Shown piece after piece: positions 19,147-28,247 of a stretch of DNA of 64,000 nucleotides. The stretch lies in assembly GCA_965217585.1 (NCBI GenBank), contig OZ244561.1:5536001-5600000 (forward strand), written 5' to 3'. Both the position numbers and the translations under genes were made by a program. The first letter of the stretch is position 1. Each line of letters begins with the position of its first letter. The notes under the pieces were generated by a model. It did not search any database. It worked only from the letters and a program-made list of their open reading frames with translations, and had not been told where the DNA came from. This DNA is from Candidatus Latescibacterota bacterium. GTDB lineage: Bacteria; Latescibacterota; UBA2968; UBA8231.

Positions 19147-19269
19147 CTTGCTCCTTTGCTTGGCCAAGCTGTTCAGCGCTGCGCGCAGTTCGTCGATTTC
19201 GGATTCCAGTAAGAAAAAAGCGATGCTGGCGCGCAAGCCCTCGCGCCCGCGCGGCAGCCTTTTGAGCAC
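19147..19269 (-). repeat. Copy B of the aminotransferase 3'-end repeat
   Basis: Reads VLKRLPRGREGLRASIAFFLLESEIDELRAALNSLAKQRSK, colinear with the real gene end. Confidence 0.93.
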
Positions 19270-19290
19270 GGCCAATTCCATGTTGTGAAT

Positions 19291-19318
19291 TTGACAATCA
19301 CCAGATTGTATATACATT
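19291..19318 (+). promoter_or_regulatory. Sigma70-type promoter with palindromic operator TGTATATACA for the brn locus
   Basis: TTGACA at 19291; palindrome 19307-19316 overlaps a TACATT -10. Confidence 0.6.
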
Positions 19319-19358
19319 TAAATAGTATTAATTGGCGACAGAAGAGAGGCCCACAACT

Positions 19359-19676
19359 ATGTCAAAAGTCAAGCGTGACATCGTCCTCCCGACCCCAGAG
19401 GAAGACGCTGCCATCCGCGCTGGCATCGCCGCCGATCCAGACACGCGAGAACTCACCGCCGAAGAGATTGCTCGTATGCGCCCGGCAAGTGAGGTCGTCC
19501 CTCATATCGTCGAACGCTATCAGCTCACCCGCGGCAAACAGAAAGCCCCGACTAAAAAGCACATATCGATTCGTCTTGACGCCGACCTTGCGGAGCATTT
19601 CCGCAACAGTGGTCCAGGCTGGCAGACGCGGTTGAACGACACGCTGCGGCGCGCGGTTTTTGGCGATGCGGAATGA
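19359..19676 (+). CDS. BrnA-family antitoxin (orphan)
   Basis: [40 protein letters not shown]. Confidence 0.9.
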   Translation: MSKVKRDIVLPTPEEDAAIRAGIAADPDTRELTAEEIARMRPASEVVPHIVERYQLTRGKQKAPTKKHISIRLDADLAEHFRNSGPGWQTRLNDTLRRAVFGDAE

Positions 19677-19730
19677 GCGGCTGGATTGCAGGAGATTGGT
19701 GCGTCGGCGTTGAGCGGGCGACCTTCACTC

Positions 19731-20903
19731 CTAGCTCCTTTGCTTTGCCAAACTGCCCAGCGCCGCGAGCAACTCGTCGATTTCGGATTCGAGTAGGAAA
19801 AAGACAATGCTGGCGCGCAAGCCTTCGCGCCCGTGCGGCAGCGGCTTGATCACCATGTTCCACTCTTCTCGCAGGGCTTGACTCAATTCCTCCCCCTTCC
19901 ATCCTGCCAACCCAAAGCTGACCAGCGCCGCAGACCGCTGCGGAGAGCGCGGAGTGTAGAGCACTGCGCCCGGGATCTGCGCCAGTCCCTCCTTCAGCCG
20001 CCCAGCCAACGCCCCCGTCCGCGCCCAAATCGCCTCCAGCCCGATGGCCGACAGATACTCAACGGCAAAGGCCCAAGCCAGCACCAGCGGCCAACACCAA
20101 GGGCCGTACTGAAAGCGCTCGGCTGTCTCGTGTAGCGCGAAGGTATCCGCCACCGGGTCCAGCCACTGTTCGGCCCGCCCGCCGGCATAGCGCACCTGCA
20201 CCGCGTCGAGGGCCTCCTGCCGCACGTAAAGCAAGCCCGCGGCATACGGTGCGTACATCCACTTATAGGAGAGCAAACCGGCAAAATCGCACCCCAGCGC
20301 GTGCAAGTCCAAAGGGTACAGCCCCGCCGAATGCGCCAGATCCACAAAGCTGCGCACCCCCCGCGTCCGCGCTGCCGCGCAAATCCGCTCCACCGGCAGG
20401 CGGTATCCCAAATCCGTCGTCACATGGCTCAGGGCCACCAGCTTGGTCCGCTCCCCCAGCCGCTCCTCCACGGCCTGCACCTGCCCATCGTCGTCGTCAA
20501 TCAGCGGCACCTTTATCACCTCGACCCCGTACAAATCCCGCAAGTGCAGAGCCGGCAAAAGCAACGCCGCTTCCTCATCCGCGCTGATCACAATCTCGTC
20601 CCCAGCCGCCCACTCCATCCCCCGCACCACCGTCTGAAATCCCTCGCTGACTCCCCGCATCAGAGCCAATTCCCCAGCCTCCACGCCGAAAAACTGCGCC
20701 AGCCGCTCCATCGCCGCCTTGCGCCGAGGATACTCTTCCTCTGGATAGACGATGTGCAAAGGCCCCCGCCGCACCATCTCTTCCGTCCACCGCGTGTACT
20801 CAGCAGCCACCGGCACCGGCGTAATACTCACTCCCCCATTCTGGAACCAAGTGTACTGCTCCAGCGCGGGAAAATCGCGGCGAATCGCTTGGACATCCAT
20901 TGC
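19731..20903 (-). CDS. Class V PLP aminotransferase/cysteine desulfurase-like enzyme
   Basis: IRRDFPAL, VDLAHSAG, SYKWMYAP, LRAS near the C-terminus. Its last ~40 codons are repeat copy A. Start approximate (MDVQAIRR). Confidence 0.85.
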   Translation of the reverse strand, partial: AMDVQAIRRDFPALEQYTWFQNGGVSITPVPVAAEYTRWTEEMVRRGPLHIVYPEEEYPRRKAAMERLAQFFGVEAGELALMRGVSEGFQTVVRGMEWAAGDEIVISADEEAALLLPALHLRDLYGVEVIKVPLIDDDDGQVQAVEERLGERTKLVALSHVTTDLGYRLPVERICAAARTRGVRSFVDLAHSAGLYPLDLHALGCDFAGLLSYKWMYAPYAAGLLYVRQEALDAVQVRYAGGRAEQWLDPVADTFALHETAERFQYGPWCWPLVLAWAFAVEYLSAIGLEAIWARTGALAGRLKEGLAQIPGAVLYTPRSPQRSAALVSFGLAGWKGEELSQALREEWNMVIKPLPHGREGLRASIVFFLLESEIDELLAALGSLAKQRS

Positions 20904-20905
20904 AT

Positions 20906-22084
20906 TTAATCCGGGGATACGACGCCGCAATAGTCAGCCGCGGCCAGCGCGTACACTTGCGCCGCCTTCTCCAGCCGATCCACCTCCACCCACTCCACAT
21001 CCGCGTGTGCCGTCTCGTTCGAGGGGCCGTAGTAAAAGGTCGGCAACCCCGTCCCATGCACGTATAAATTGGCGTCCCCCACAATCCGCATCCCTACCAG
21101 CTCTGCCTCTCGCCCGGTCACTTGCTCGTGCGCCCGTCCCACCGCTTGCACGACCCCATCGTCGGCGGACGTCTCAAACGGCTCGCGCTCGTGCTCCATT
21201 TTGACCCGCAGGCCCAACCCCCCAGCCTCAGCTAACGGCCGCGCCAAGGCTTCCAACTCCGCTAGTACCTGCGGCGCAACGCGCCCGGGCAACCAGCGCC
21301 GGGTCCCCGTCAGCGTGCAGCAAAGCGGCGTGCGATTGAAATAGTCGCCCCCGGCAACCATGCCTAAGTCGATTCGCTCGGCACCGGCCAAGGCATGTGC
21401 CGGCCCTGCGTCGAGCTCGAGTTGATACTGGTGGATCCGCTCGATGAGCGCGCCCACAAAGCGGAGTGGATTTTCCGCAAAGGGTACGTACTGGGTGTGC
21501 TTGCCGCCAGCGGCCGATTCGAGCGCGATGGTAAAGACCATAGACCCCATGCTCATCACCCACAGCGCGTCGCGGCCCTCGACAATCAAGATCCGGTCGC
21601 CGCCAATCCGGCCGCTGTTGCGATCGGCAATCAGCGCCAGCGGCCCGTCCTTTTGCGCCTCGACCTCTTCGTGCCCCACAATCGCCGTCAGCCACAAGTC
21701 GCCCTGCAACTCTACTCCGCTTGCCAAGAGCGCCTTGACTGCGCCCAACGCCGCGGCCATTCCTCCCTTCATGTCGGTCGCCCCTCGTCCGTACACGCGG
21801 TTGCCCTCGCGGCGGGCGGGTGGGCAGGCCCCCACGGGAATGGTGTCGAGATGGCCATTGAGCATCAGCGTGGGGCCATCCCCTCGGCCCGCGATGCGCG
21901 CGTAGAGGTTATTGCGTCCCGGAGTCACCTCCCGCACATCGACCTCTAAGCCGATCTCGCGCATCATGGCTTCATAGGCGTGGCATACTTCGGCTTCGGC
22001 CATGGTTACGCTGTAAATATCGACCAATTCCCGGGTCCGCTCGACCACCCATTCTCGGTCGATAGCTGCGATTAATTTTTCCAT
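20906..22084 (-). CDS. M20-family metallohydrolase (ArgE/DapE-like)
   Basis: LNGHLDTIP, YGRGATDMKGG, GHEE, AHADVEWV. Confidence 0.9.
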   Translation of the reverse strand: MEKLIAAIDREWVVERTRELVDIYSVTMAEAEVCHAYEAMMREIGLEVDVREVTPGRNNLYARIAGRGDGPTLMLNGHLDTIPVGACPPARREGNRVYGRGATDMKGGMAAALGAVKALLASGVELQGDLWLTAIVGHEEVEAQKDGPLALIADRNSGRIGGDRILIVEGRDALWVMSMGSMVFTIALESAAGGKHTQYVPFAENPLRFVGALIERIHQYQLELDAGPAHALAGAERIDLGMVAGGDYFNRTPLCCTLTGTRRWLPGRVAPQVLAELEALARPLAEAGGLGLRVKMEHEREPFETSADDGVVQAVGRAHEQVTGREAELVGMRIVGDANLYVHGTGLPTFYYGPSNETAHADVEWVEVDRLEKAAQVYALAAADYCGVVSPD

Positions 22085-22241
22085 TTTTGTTGATCCATCC
22101 TCTCTCTCGTGCTCTCGTCTAGCCGAGACGCCTCGTTTGCACTGCCGGTATTAGGGGCCTTCTTTAGGCCATAATATATATCGACTATCGCAGCCAACAA
22201 TTAGCCTTCATTTGGCACCCTGAATACGCAACTAAATCGCC

Positions 22242-25200
22242 ATGATGACCAAAACGACGACGCGACTGACGACAGCGGTTGAAACCTATCTCGCCGACCT
22301 GCAACGAATCCGTGCCTCCGGCGGCGCGACTGGCGAGCGATCGAGCTATGGACCGCTCGCCAACCTGCTGAATGCTATCGGCGCAACGCTCAAGCCCAAG
22401 GTGTTTTGCGTTGGCGAGTTGGCCGATCAGGGAGCGGGGCATCCCGACTTTGGACTTTATGCAGCAAAGCAGGTGCAGAAGGGGCAACCGAAACAGGGGC
22501 AGGTGCCCGAAGGCGGCGTGGTCGAGGCGAAGGCGGCTGACGATGACGCTTGGCTGACGGCGGCGGGCGATCAGGTCAGCCGCTATTGGGACCATTATCG
22601 GCTGGTGCTGGTGACCAATACGCGCGACTTCGTGCTAATGGGTGAGGATGTGGCAGGGCGACCGGCTAAGCTCGAAACGTTTCGGCTGGCGACAAGCGCG
22701 GCGGAGTTCGCGCAACGGTTGGAGAGTCCGCGTGCCTTTGCCGGTGAGGTCAGCGCGGGTCTAGGGGAATATCTGTGCCGAGCGTTGTCGCATCGGGCGC
22801 GGCTGGCCGAGCCGAAGGACTTGGCTTGGCTGTTGGCGTCTCATGCCCGCGATGCGCTAGCGCGGGTCGAAGCCGCGGGCGATGCGCCGTCGTTGGCAGC
22901 GGTACGGGCGGCACTGGAAGAGGCGCTGGGCGTCCGCTTTGAGGGCGAACGGGGGGCGCGGTTTTTCCGTTCGACGCTGGTGCAGACGCTGTTCTACGGG
23001 GTGTTTTCCGCTTGGGTGCTGTGGGCGCGGCAAACACCGCCGCCCGTAAAAGCGTTCAATTGGCGCGAAGCGGTTTGGTATTTGCGGGCACCAGTGCTAC
23101 GGGCACTGTTCCAACAAATCTCCGATCCCGGTCGGCTGCAACCGCTCGGCCTCGTCGAGGTGCTGGACTGGACGTCTGCTGCGCTCGACCGGGTGGATTG
23201 CGACGCCTTTTTTGCCCGCTTCAACGAGGGCGAGGCCGTAACCTATTTCTACGAGCCGTTCCTCGAAGCCTTTGATCCCGATTTACGCAAGCAGTTGGGC
23301 GTTTGGTACACGCCAGCCGAAGTGGTGCGTTACATGGTTGCCCGGGTCGATAAGGCGCTGCGGGATGATCTCGGCATTGCCGACGGGCTAGCCGCGGAAA
23401 ACGTCTATGTGCTCGATCCGTGCTGCGGCACTGGGGCGTATCTGGCGGAAGTGCTGCGCCGCATTGCCGCCAATCTGGAAAGTCAGGGGTTGGGTGCGCT
23501 CACTGGCGCACGGGTCAAGCAGGCGGCGACCGAGCGCGTATTCGGCTTTGAGATTATGCCTGCACCTTTTGTCGTCGCCCATCTACAAGTTGGGTTGACC
23601 ATGCAGGCGCTCGACGCGGCGCTGGCCGATGACGGGCAGGAACGCGCCCAAGTGTTCCTCACCAATGCGCTGACCGGCTGGGAGCCGCGCCCGACCAAGC
23701 CGCTGCCGTTCCCCGAACTGGAGGAAGAACGCGACCGTGCCGAGCGGGTGAAGCAGGAGACGCCGATTCTGGTGATCTTGGGCAATCCACCTTATAACGG
23801 TTTTGCTGGAATGGCGGTGGACGAGGAACGCGAGCTGTCGGAAGCCTACCGCATGACCAAGCGGGTGCGCCGACCTGAAGGCCAAGGGCTGAACGATCTC
23901 TATGTCCGCTTTTTCCGCATGGCTGAACGGCGCATTGCGAAGACGGGCCAAGGCGTGATGTGCTTCATTTCCAACTATTCTTGGCTCGACGGGCTGTCGT
24001 TTACGGGGATGAGGGAACGCTATCTGGAGGAGTTCAACGCGGTCCGTATTGACAACCTGCACGGCGACCGCATCATCTCGGAATATGCGCCTGATGGGCG
24101 GACCAGCGAAACAGTTTTTGCGCTTCAGGGACAATCGCCGGGCATCAAGGTTGGCACCAGCATCGCCTTGCTTTCCAAGTCGGGAATCGCCGCCGATACA
24201 TCGACAGGCGGACGTATTCTGTATCGTGATTTCCATCAGGCAAAAGCCGATGAAAGACGACAAGCGCTGTTGGACAGTCTCGACGCCACCGGAATCGATG
24301 CAGGCTATACAGCATTGAAACCCAATCTTCGCCTCGGCTTGCCATTCAAGCCAGCGGTCGTCAGCGAGGATTGGTTCGACTGGCCGGCGCTGCCCGATTT
24401 GTTTCCGGTGTCGTTTCCCGGCGTTCAGACTAAGCGTGACTCGTTCCTTATCGATGTCGATCTCGACCGACTCAAGGCGCGGGTCGCCGATTACTTCGAC
24501 GCGGCTTTGAGCCATGAAGACATCGCACGACGTTATCCGGGAGCGATGAAGAATTCGTCGGGATTCGTGGTACGTGAGGCCCGCTCGGTGCGCGACGCGC
24601 TACTCTCACGCGGTGGGCCGGTCGATACCGGCTTTGTTCGTCATGCCTACCGGCCGTTCGATAATCGCTGGCTCTATTGGGAAGCAGGGCACGGTCTGCT
24701 TGGTCGTCCAGTACCCGACTATAGGCCACATGTGTTCGTGGGGAATATGTGGTTATCCGCCTCCCAGCATCTTCGAAAAGGGGAGACGGAACCTCAGACC
24801 TGTTTCACACATCATCTTGGTTCGCTGCATATGATTGAGCGCACCGCCCTTTGGTTCCCCGCTTACCTCCTCGACGACGGCCTCGGAATCGGCGACAATG
24901 AAATACAACGCCGCCCCAATTTGTCCAGGGCCGCGCAACGCTATCTCCACCGTCTCGGCGCGAATGTAGAGGACCTCTTCCACCACGTCCTCGCCACCCT
25001 CCACGATCCCGCTTACCGCGAGGCCAACGCCGGGGCGCTCCGCATGGAATGGCCGCGCATTCCCCTGCCGGGCTGGCCCGACGGCGAAGCTGACGGCGCA
25101 GCCAAGACGCTCGCTGCATCGGCGGAGCGAGGCCGCGAACTGGCCCGCCTGCTCGACCCCGAAGCACCAATACCCGGCGTTACCCAAGGCACGTTGCGCC

Positions 25201-25622
25201 CAGAGATCGCCGCCATCGCCGTGCCCGCCACCACCGACAGCCGCAACATGACCGGCGACGATTTCGCGCTCACCGCCGGATGGGGCCATTACGGAACAGG
25301 CGACGCCGTAATGCCGGGCCAAGGCCGCATCGTCGAACGCGAATACATACCAGAGGAACGCGCCGCGCTGGGGGATGCCATATCCGCGCTGGGCGAAAAG
25401 ACGCTGGACGTGTATCTGAACGACCACGCCTTCTGGCGCAACGTCCCCGCCGCAATTTGGGACTACAAACTCGGCGGCTACCAAGTCCTCAAAAAATGGC
25501 TATCCTACCGCGAGCGCGATGTCTTGGGGCGGGCGCTGACGCCGGAGGAAGTGCTGTACTTTGCGGAGATAGCGAGGAGGGTTGGGGGGATGTTGCTGGC
25601 GAGTGTTCGGGATATTTCGTGA
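22242..25622 (+). CDS. Fused restriction-modification enzyme (N6-adenine MTase with N-terminal nuclease-like and Type ISP-like C-terminal specificity region; no helicase)
   Basis: PDFGL...VEAK, YFYEPFLEAFD...GVWYTP, LDPCCGTG (motif I), GNPPY (motif IV), YRPFD, WDYKLGGYQVLKKWLSYR. Confidence 0.88.
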   Translation: MMTKTTTRLTTAVETYLADLQRIRASGGATGERSSYGPLANLLNAIGATLKPKVFCVGELADQGAGHPDFGLYAAKQVQKGQPKQGQVPEGGVVEAKAADDDAWLTAAGDQVSRYWDHYRLVLVTNTRDFVLMGEDVAGRPAKLETFRLATSAAEFAQRLESPRAFAGEVSAGLGEYLCRALSHRARLAEPKDLAWLLASHARDALARVEAAGDAPSLAAVRAALEEALGVRFEGERGARFFRSTLVQTLFYGVFSAWVLWARQTPPPVKAFNWREAVWYLRAPVLRALFQQISDPGRLQPLGLVEVLDWTSAALDRVDCDAFFARFNEGEAVTYFYEPFLEAFDPDLRKQLGVWYTPAEVVRYMVARVDKALRDDLGIADGLAAENVYVLDPCCGTGAYLAEVLRRIAANLESQGLGALTGARVKQAATERVFGFEIMPAPFVVAHLQVGLTMQALDAALADDGQERAQVFLTNALTGWEPRPTKPLPFPELEEERDRAERVKQETPILVILGNPPYNGFAGMAVDEERELSEAYRMTKRVRRPEGQGLNDLYVRFFRMAERRIAKTGQGVMCFISNYSWLDGLSFTGMRERYLEEFNAVRIDNLHGDRIISEYAPDGRTSETVFALQGQSPGIKVGTSIALLSKSGIAADTSTGGRILYRDFHQAKADERRQALLDSLDATGIDAGYTALKPNLRLGLPFKPAVVSEDWFDWPALPDLFPVSFPGVQTKRDSFLIDVDLDRLKARVADYFDAALSHEDIARRYPGAMKNSSGFVVREARSVRDALLSRGGPVDTGFVRHAYRPFDNRWLYWEAGHGLLGRPVPDYRPHVFVGNMWLSASQHLRKGETEPQTCFTHHLGSLHMIERTALWFPAYLLDDGLGIGDNEIQRRPNLSRAAQRYLHRLGANVEDLFHHVLATLHDPAYREANAGALRMEWPRIPLPGWPDGEADGAAKTLAASAERGRELARLLDPEAPIPGVTQGTLRPEIAAIAVPATTDSRNMTGDDFALTAGWGHYGTGDAVMPGQGRIVEREYIPEERAALGDAISALGEKTLDVYLNDHAFWRNVPAAIWDYKLGGYQVLKKWLSYRERDVLGRALTPEEVLYFAEIARRVGGMLLASVRDIS

Positions 25623-25638
25623 GCCGTGGTCTATGTAG

Positions 25639-28086
25639 TCAGCGGCCCAAGCAGCACTTCTTATACTTCTTACCACTACCGCAGGGGCACGGTTCATTAC
25701 GCCCAATTTTCCGGCGTTCGGTCTTGGAGGTGGATATCCGCTTTTGGCGCAGGGCCTCCGCTTCCGAGCGCAATTTCGGTAGCTCGCTAGACGGAATACC
25801 GGCCAACTCAACCCATGTCCAATTGACATCTTGAAGCTCACCAGCCACCGAATAACTGAGTTCTATCAATAGGCGTCGCACCTCGTTATGCATCACGACA
25901 AGCTTTTGGGCATGGTAGAGTGCTAAAGATGCATTTCTAGGACCTGAATGCTCGGTCCAACAGAAAATTGTCAAGTTGAAATTGCCATGTATTGAAAAGG
26001 ACCTAGACCGCTTTGTGGTTGGTTGACTCACTAGTTCTTTATGGATGCTGGTGTCAATATCCGTTCGCCAAATACCTGAAAAATTAAGTAGATAGGCTAC
26101 AATTTCAGCACGTCCCGGTTTGTTGCTTTGAGATAGGATTTTGACGATCTCCAGAAGACGTGCCGGTGTATCCTGCTTTAGGGGACACGGCGTATTGGAG
26201 TCAAGCAGGCGTTTAGAAAAAAAATGGTCAATCTCCGAGCGATATCCAGTGAAGTTAATTTGAGCTTCAGAATCACCTTGAAGCTCCTCAGCATAGGTAC
26301 TGTAGTTATTATGCTCGAGATAGAGACCGAGATGGTCTAACTCATCATCACATTGAATGATATCGGAGTGGAAGGCTTGCATCCGCTGTTCGACATAATG
26401 AAGAAAGATCAAAGGATTCTCAAAAATGTCCGCATAGATACACAAGTCATCTAGGGATATGGCCCAAATAGGCTCAACACCAACGTTAACGCCGATCTTT
26501 CGAAGGTGCTGAGTCTGTGCAGCAAGTTCCGTGAATGGATCCAAAGTCACTGCACAAATTGTGATATGACGAAAGTCAGACTTGCTAAGTTCACCAATCT
26601 GGTTGTGGTTGCTGTCAAACAATGGAACATTTTCAGCATTCTTCAAATAGTTGAGGAATCTTTGACCCTGCGTTGCTGGCTTCAAAACGAGATTTTTAAG
26701 CGATGCTATGTACGCCTGAAAATCAGTCGCGGGAGGTGTGTAAGTGAAAGCACCTCCGCGTGCTTCGACGATAAATAGATGATCGTCGAAGATCAAAAGA
26801 CCGTCGGCTTCACACCAGTTAGTCTTACCATTGTCAGTTTTGCCACGATAGTAAACCTCTTTCAGTACTTTTGCTCCAGGAAGCAGACGTTCAAAATATC
26901 TGAATGGTAGATTTTCCGATTGACTTCGCTGAATTGTATTCCAAGTCTCCTGATAATCGGGTTTCAGACGCATGATAATGCGTTGCATGATGCGGTATAA
27001 ATTGTCGCGCAGACTATTGAGGTCAAAGCAATAATATTGACCTTCCAGCCGAATAAATGGACGTTTAAACACTGGCCAAATACGCAATGGCCAGCCACAA
27101 AATTCACCGTCGGCGAAGAAGTCTTTATCTTCGCCTGGTAGCCAACTCAGTTGTTCTAAAAGCTTTTCAGGAAGGTCAGTTGTCTCTTGGACATCGAATA
27201 GTTTCATGCCCAGAAAGCGTCCAAAGATATCGTTTCCGCGCTCTTCCCAAGCATTTTCTTTTATTACATCGGCCATCAGATTAGGGGGATTTGGTTTATA
27301 ATCCGAAGGCAATTCATCGACTTTCTTGGCGATGGCGTTCATCGTATCGTGCTGGAATTGATATAAGTCTTCAAGGAGGACTTGAATACCGAAAGAGAAA
27401 GTATGCAAAATTTTCTTGATCTCTGTGACGAAGTTATCGCTAGAGATTCCGAAAAGTTCTTGGAGGACTTCAGTATGTGGTAGGAACATATCCTCCAAGT
27501 AAATTGAATCGTGAACTTGATACCTTTTCCCTCTAACATTGCACCAATAAAACTGAGTTCTGATCTGAAACTCCTCGAAATCCATATCTAGATTAGGATC
27601 ATTAGCTCTATTCTTTGCAATACGACAAATCTGATAGTCAGTTCCGATCTTACGGAATAGATGTTCAATTTTGTTGCCGAAAAGTCCCCATTCTTCATCT
27701 GTTACATCATCTCGCAGGTTCTTAGCCGGTGGAACTGCGGCAATAACGCTTTGGACATAGTCGATCATGTGAGACGCGAAGGGGTCTTCTTCACCAATTT
27801 CATCCTCCGTATCAGTTCTTATAAGTACCATCATCTTTTCCCACCAAGCACGCTGCAGGAGCTTTTCAGGCGGTAGACCCTTAATAAGGTTCTTAATTTC
27901 GGAAACGAGTATATCAATTTCTTCGATGACCTTCGGATAGTTTTCGACTAGATATTTTTGGTATTCGTCAAATTCTCTCTCTTGCCAATTAGCTTCAAAG
28001 ACAACGTTTTTTCCAAAGCGTGCCACAGTAAAGGGGCCCTTAGAGAATGCTTCGTCTGGCTTCTGAGGCTTCAATTTCTTGGCCAT
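25639..28086 (-). CDS. Large low-GC protein with NERD/PD-(D/E)xK-like motif and C-terminal SEC-C zinc motif
   Basis: EADGLLIFDDHLFIVEARGG; KIGRNEPCPCGSGKKYKKCC; visibly AT-richer than its flanks. Confidence 0.75.
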   Translation of the reverse strand: MAKKLKPQKPDEAFSKGPFTVARFGKNVVFEANWQEREFDEYQKYLVENYPKVIEEIDILVSEIKNLIKGLPPEKLLQRAWWEKMMVLIRTDTEDEIGEEDPFASHMIDYVQSVIAAVPPAKNLRDDVTDEEWGLFGNKIEHLFRKIGTDYQICRIAKNRANDPNLDMDFEEFQIRTQFYWCNVRGKRYQVHDSIYLEDMFLPHTEVLQELFGISSDNFVTEIKKILHTFSFGIQVLLEDLYQFQHDTMNAIAKKVDELPSDYKPNPPNLMADVIKENAWEERGNDIFGRFLGMKLFDVQETTDLPEKLLEQLSWLPGEDKDFFADGEFCGWPLRIWPVFKRPFIRLEGQYYCFDLNSLRDNLYRIMQRIIMRLKPDYQETWNTIQRSQSENLPFRYFERLLPGAKVLKEVYYRGKTDNGKTNWCEADGLLIFDDHLFIVEARGGAFTYTPPATDFQAYIASLKNLVLKPATQGQRFLNYLKNAENVPLFDSNHNQIGELSKSDFRHITICAVTLDPFTELAAQTQHLRKIGVNVGVEPIWAISLDDLCIYADIFENPLIFLHYVEQRMQAFHSDIIQCDDELDHLGLYLEHNNYSTYAEELQGDSEAQINFTGYRSEIDHFFSKRLLDSNTPCPLKQDTPARLLEIVKILSQSNKPGRAEIVAYLLNFSGIWRTDIDTSIHKELVSQPTTKRSRSFSIHGNFNLTIFCWTEHSGPRNASLALYHAQKLVVMHNEVRRLLIELSYSVAGELQDVNWTWVELAGIPSSELPKLRSEAEALRQKRISTSKTERRKIGRNEPCPCGSGKKYKKCCLGR

Positions 28087-28095
28087 GGTACTTAT

Positions 28096-28222
28096 TTATC
28101 TACCTCCACCATTTTCAGATCGTCTTTTGGAATAGCGTTGCATGACTGCCTTTACGGCTTTGTCAAAGCCAGGGAAAAGACTCTCGCTCGTGATGTTGAG
28201 CAGGCCAGTCCGTCCATGAGGC
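28096..28222 (-). pseudogene. Orphan 3' gene fragment, possibly the end of an FRG-domain gene
   Basis: Reads LLNITSESLFPGFDKAVKAVMQRYS...GGGR*, resembling the LxIxxxSLFPxxD tail of FRG proteins; no clear 5' part. Confidence 0.35.
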
Positions 28223-28240
28223 ATTTCTTGCTCTTCAATT
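28223..28240. repeat. 18-bp exact direct repeat ATTTCTTGCTCTTCAATT (copy 1)
   Basis: Identical to 29931-29948. Confidence 0.85.
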
Positions 28241-28247
28241 GCTGCAT

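Noticed and set aside
19142-19297. N-terminal extension of the 407-aa permease ORF
   Set aside because: Out-of-frame reading of repeat copy B.
16126-19860. CRISPR array, integron attC array or DGR template/variable repeats
   Set aside because: Repeats are 65-125 nt, diverged, kilobases apart and non-palindromic. No RYYYAAC/GTTRRRY boxes were seen, mismatches are not adenine-specific, and no cas, intI or reverse transcriptase gene is in the window.
22085-22241. Duplicated mlrC 3' end at the left border of the defence island
   Set aside because: Searched for by analogy with the cassette array; no convincing similarity was visible by eye.
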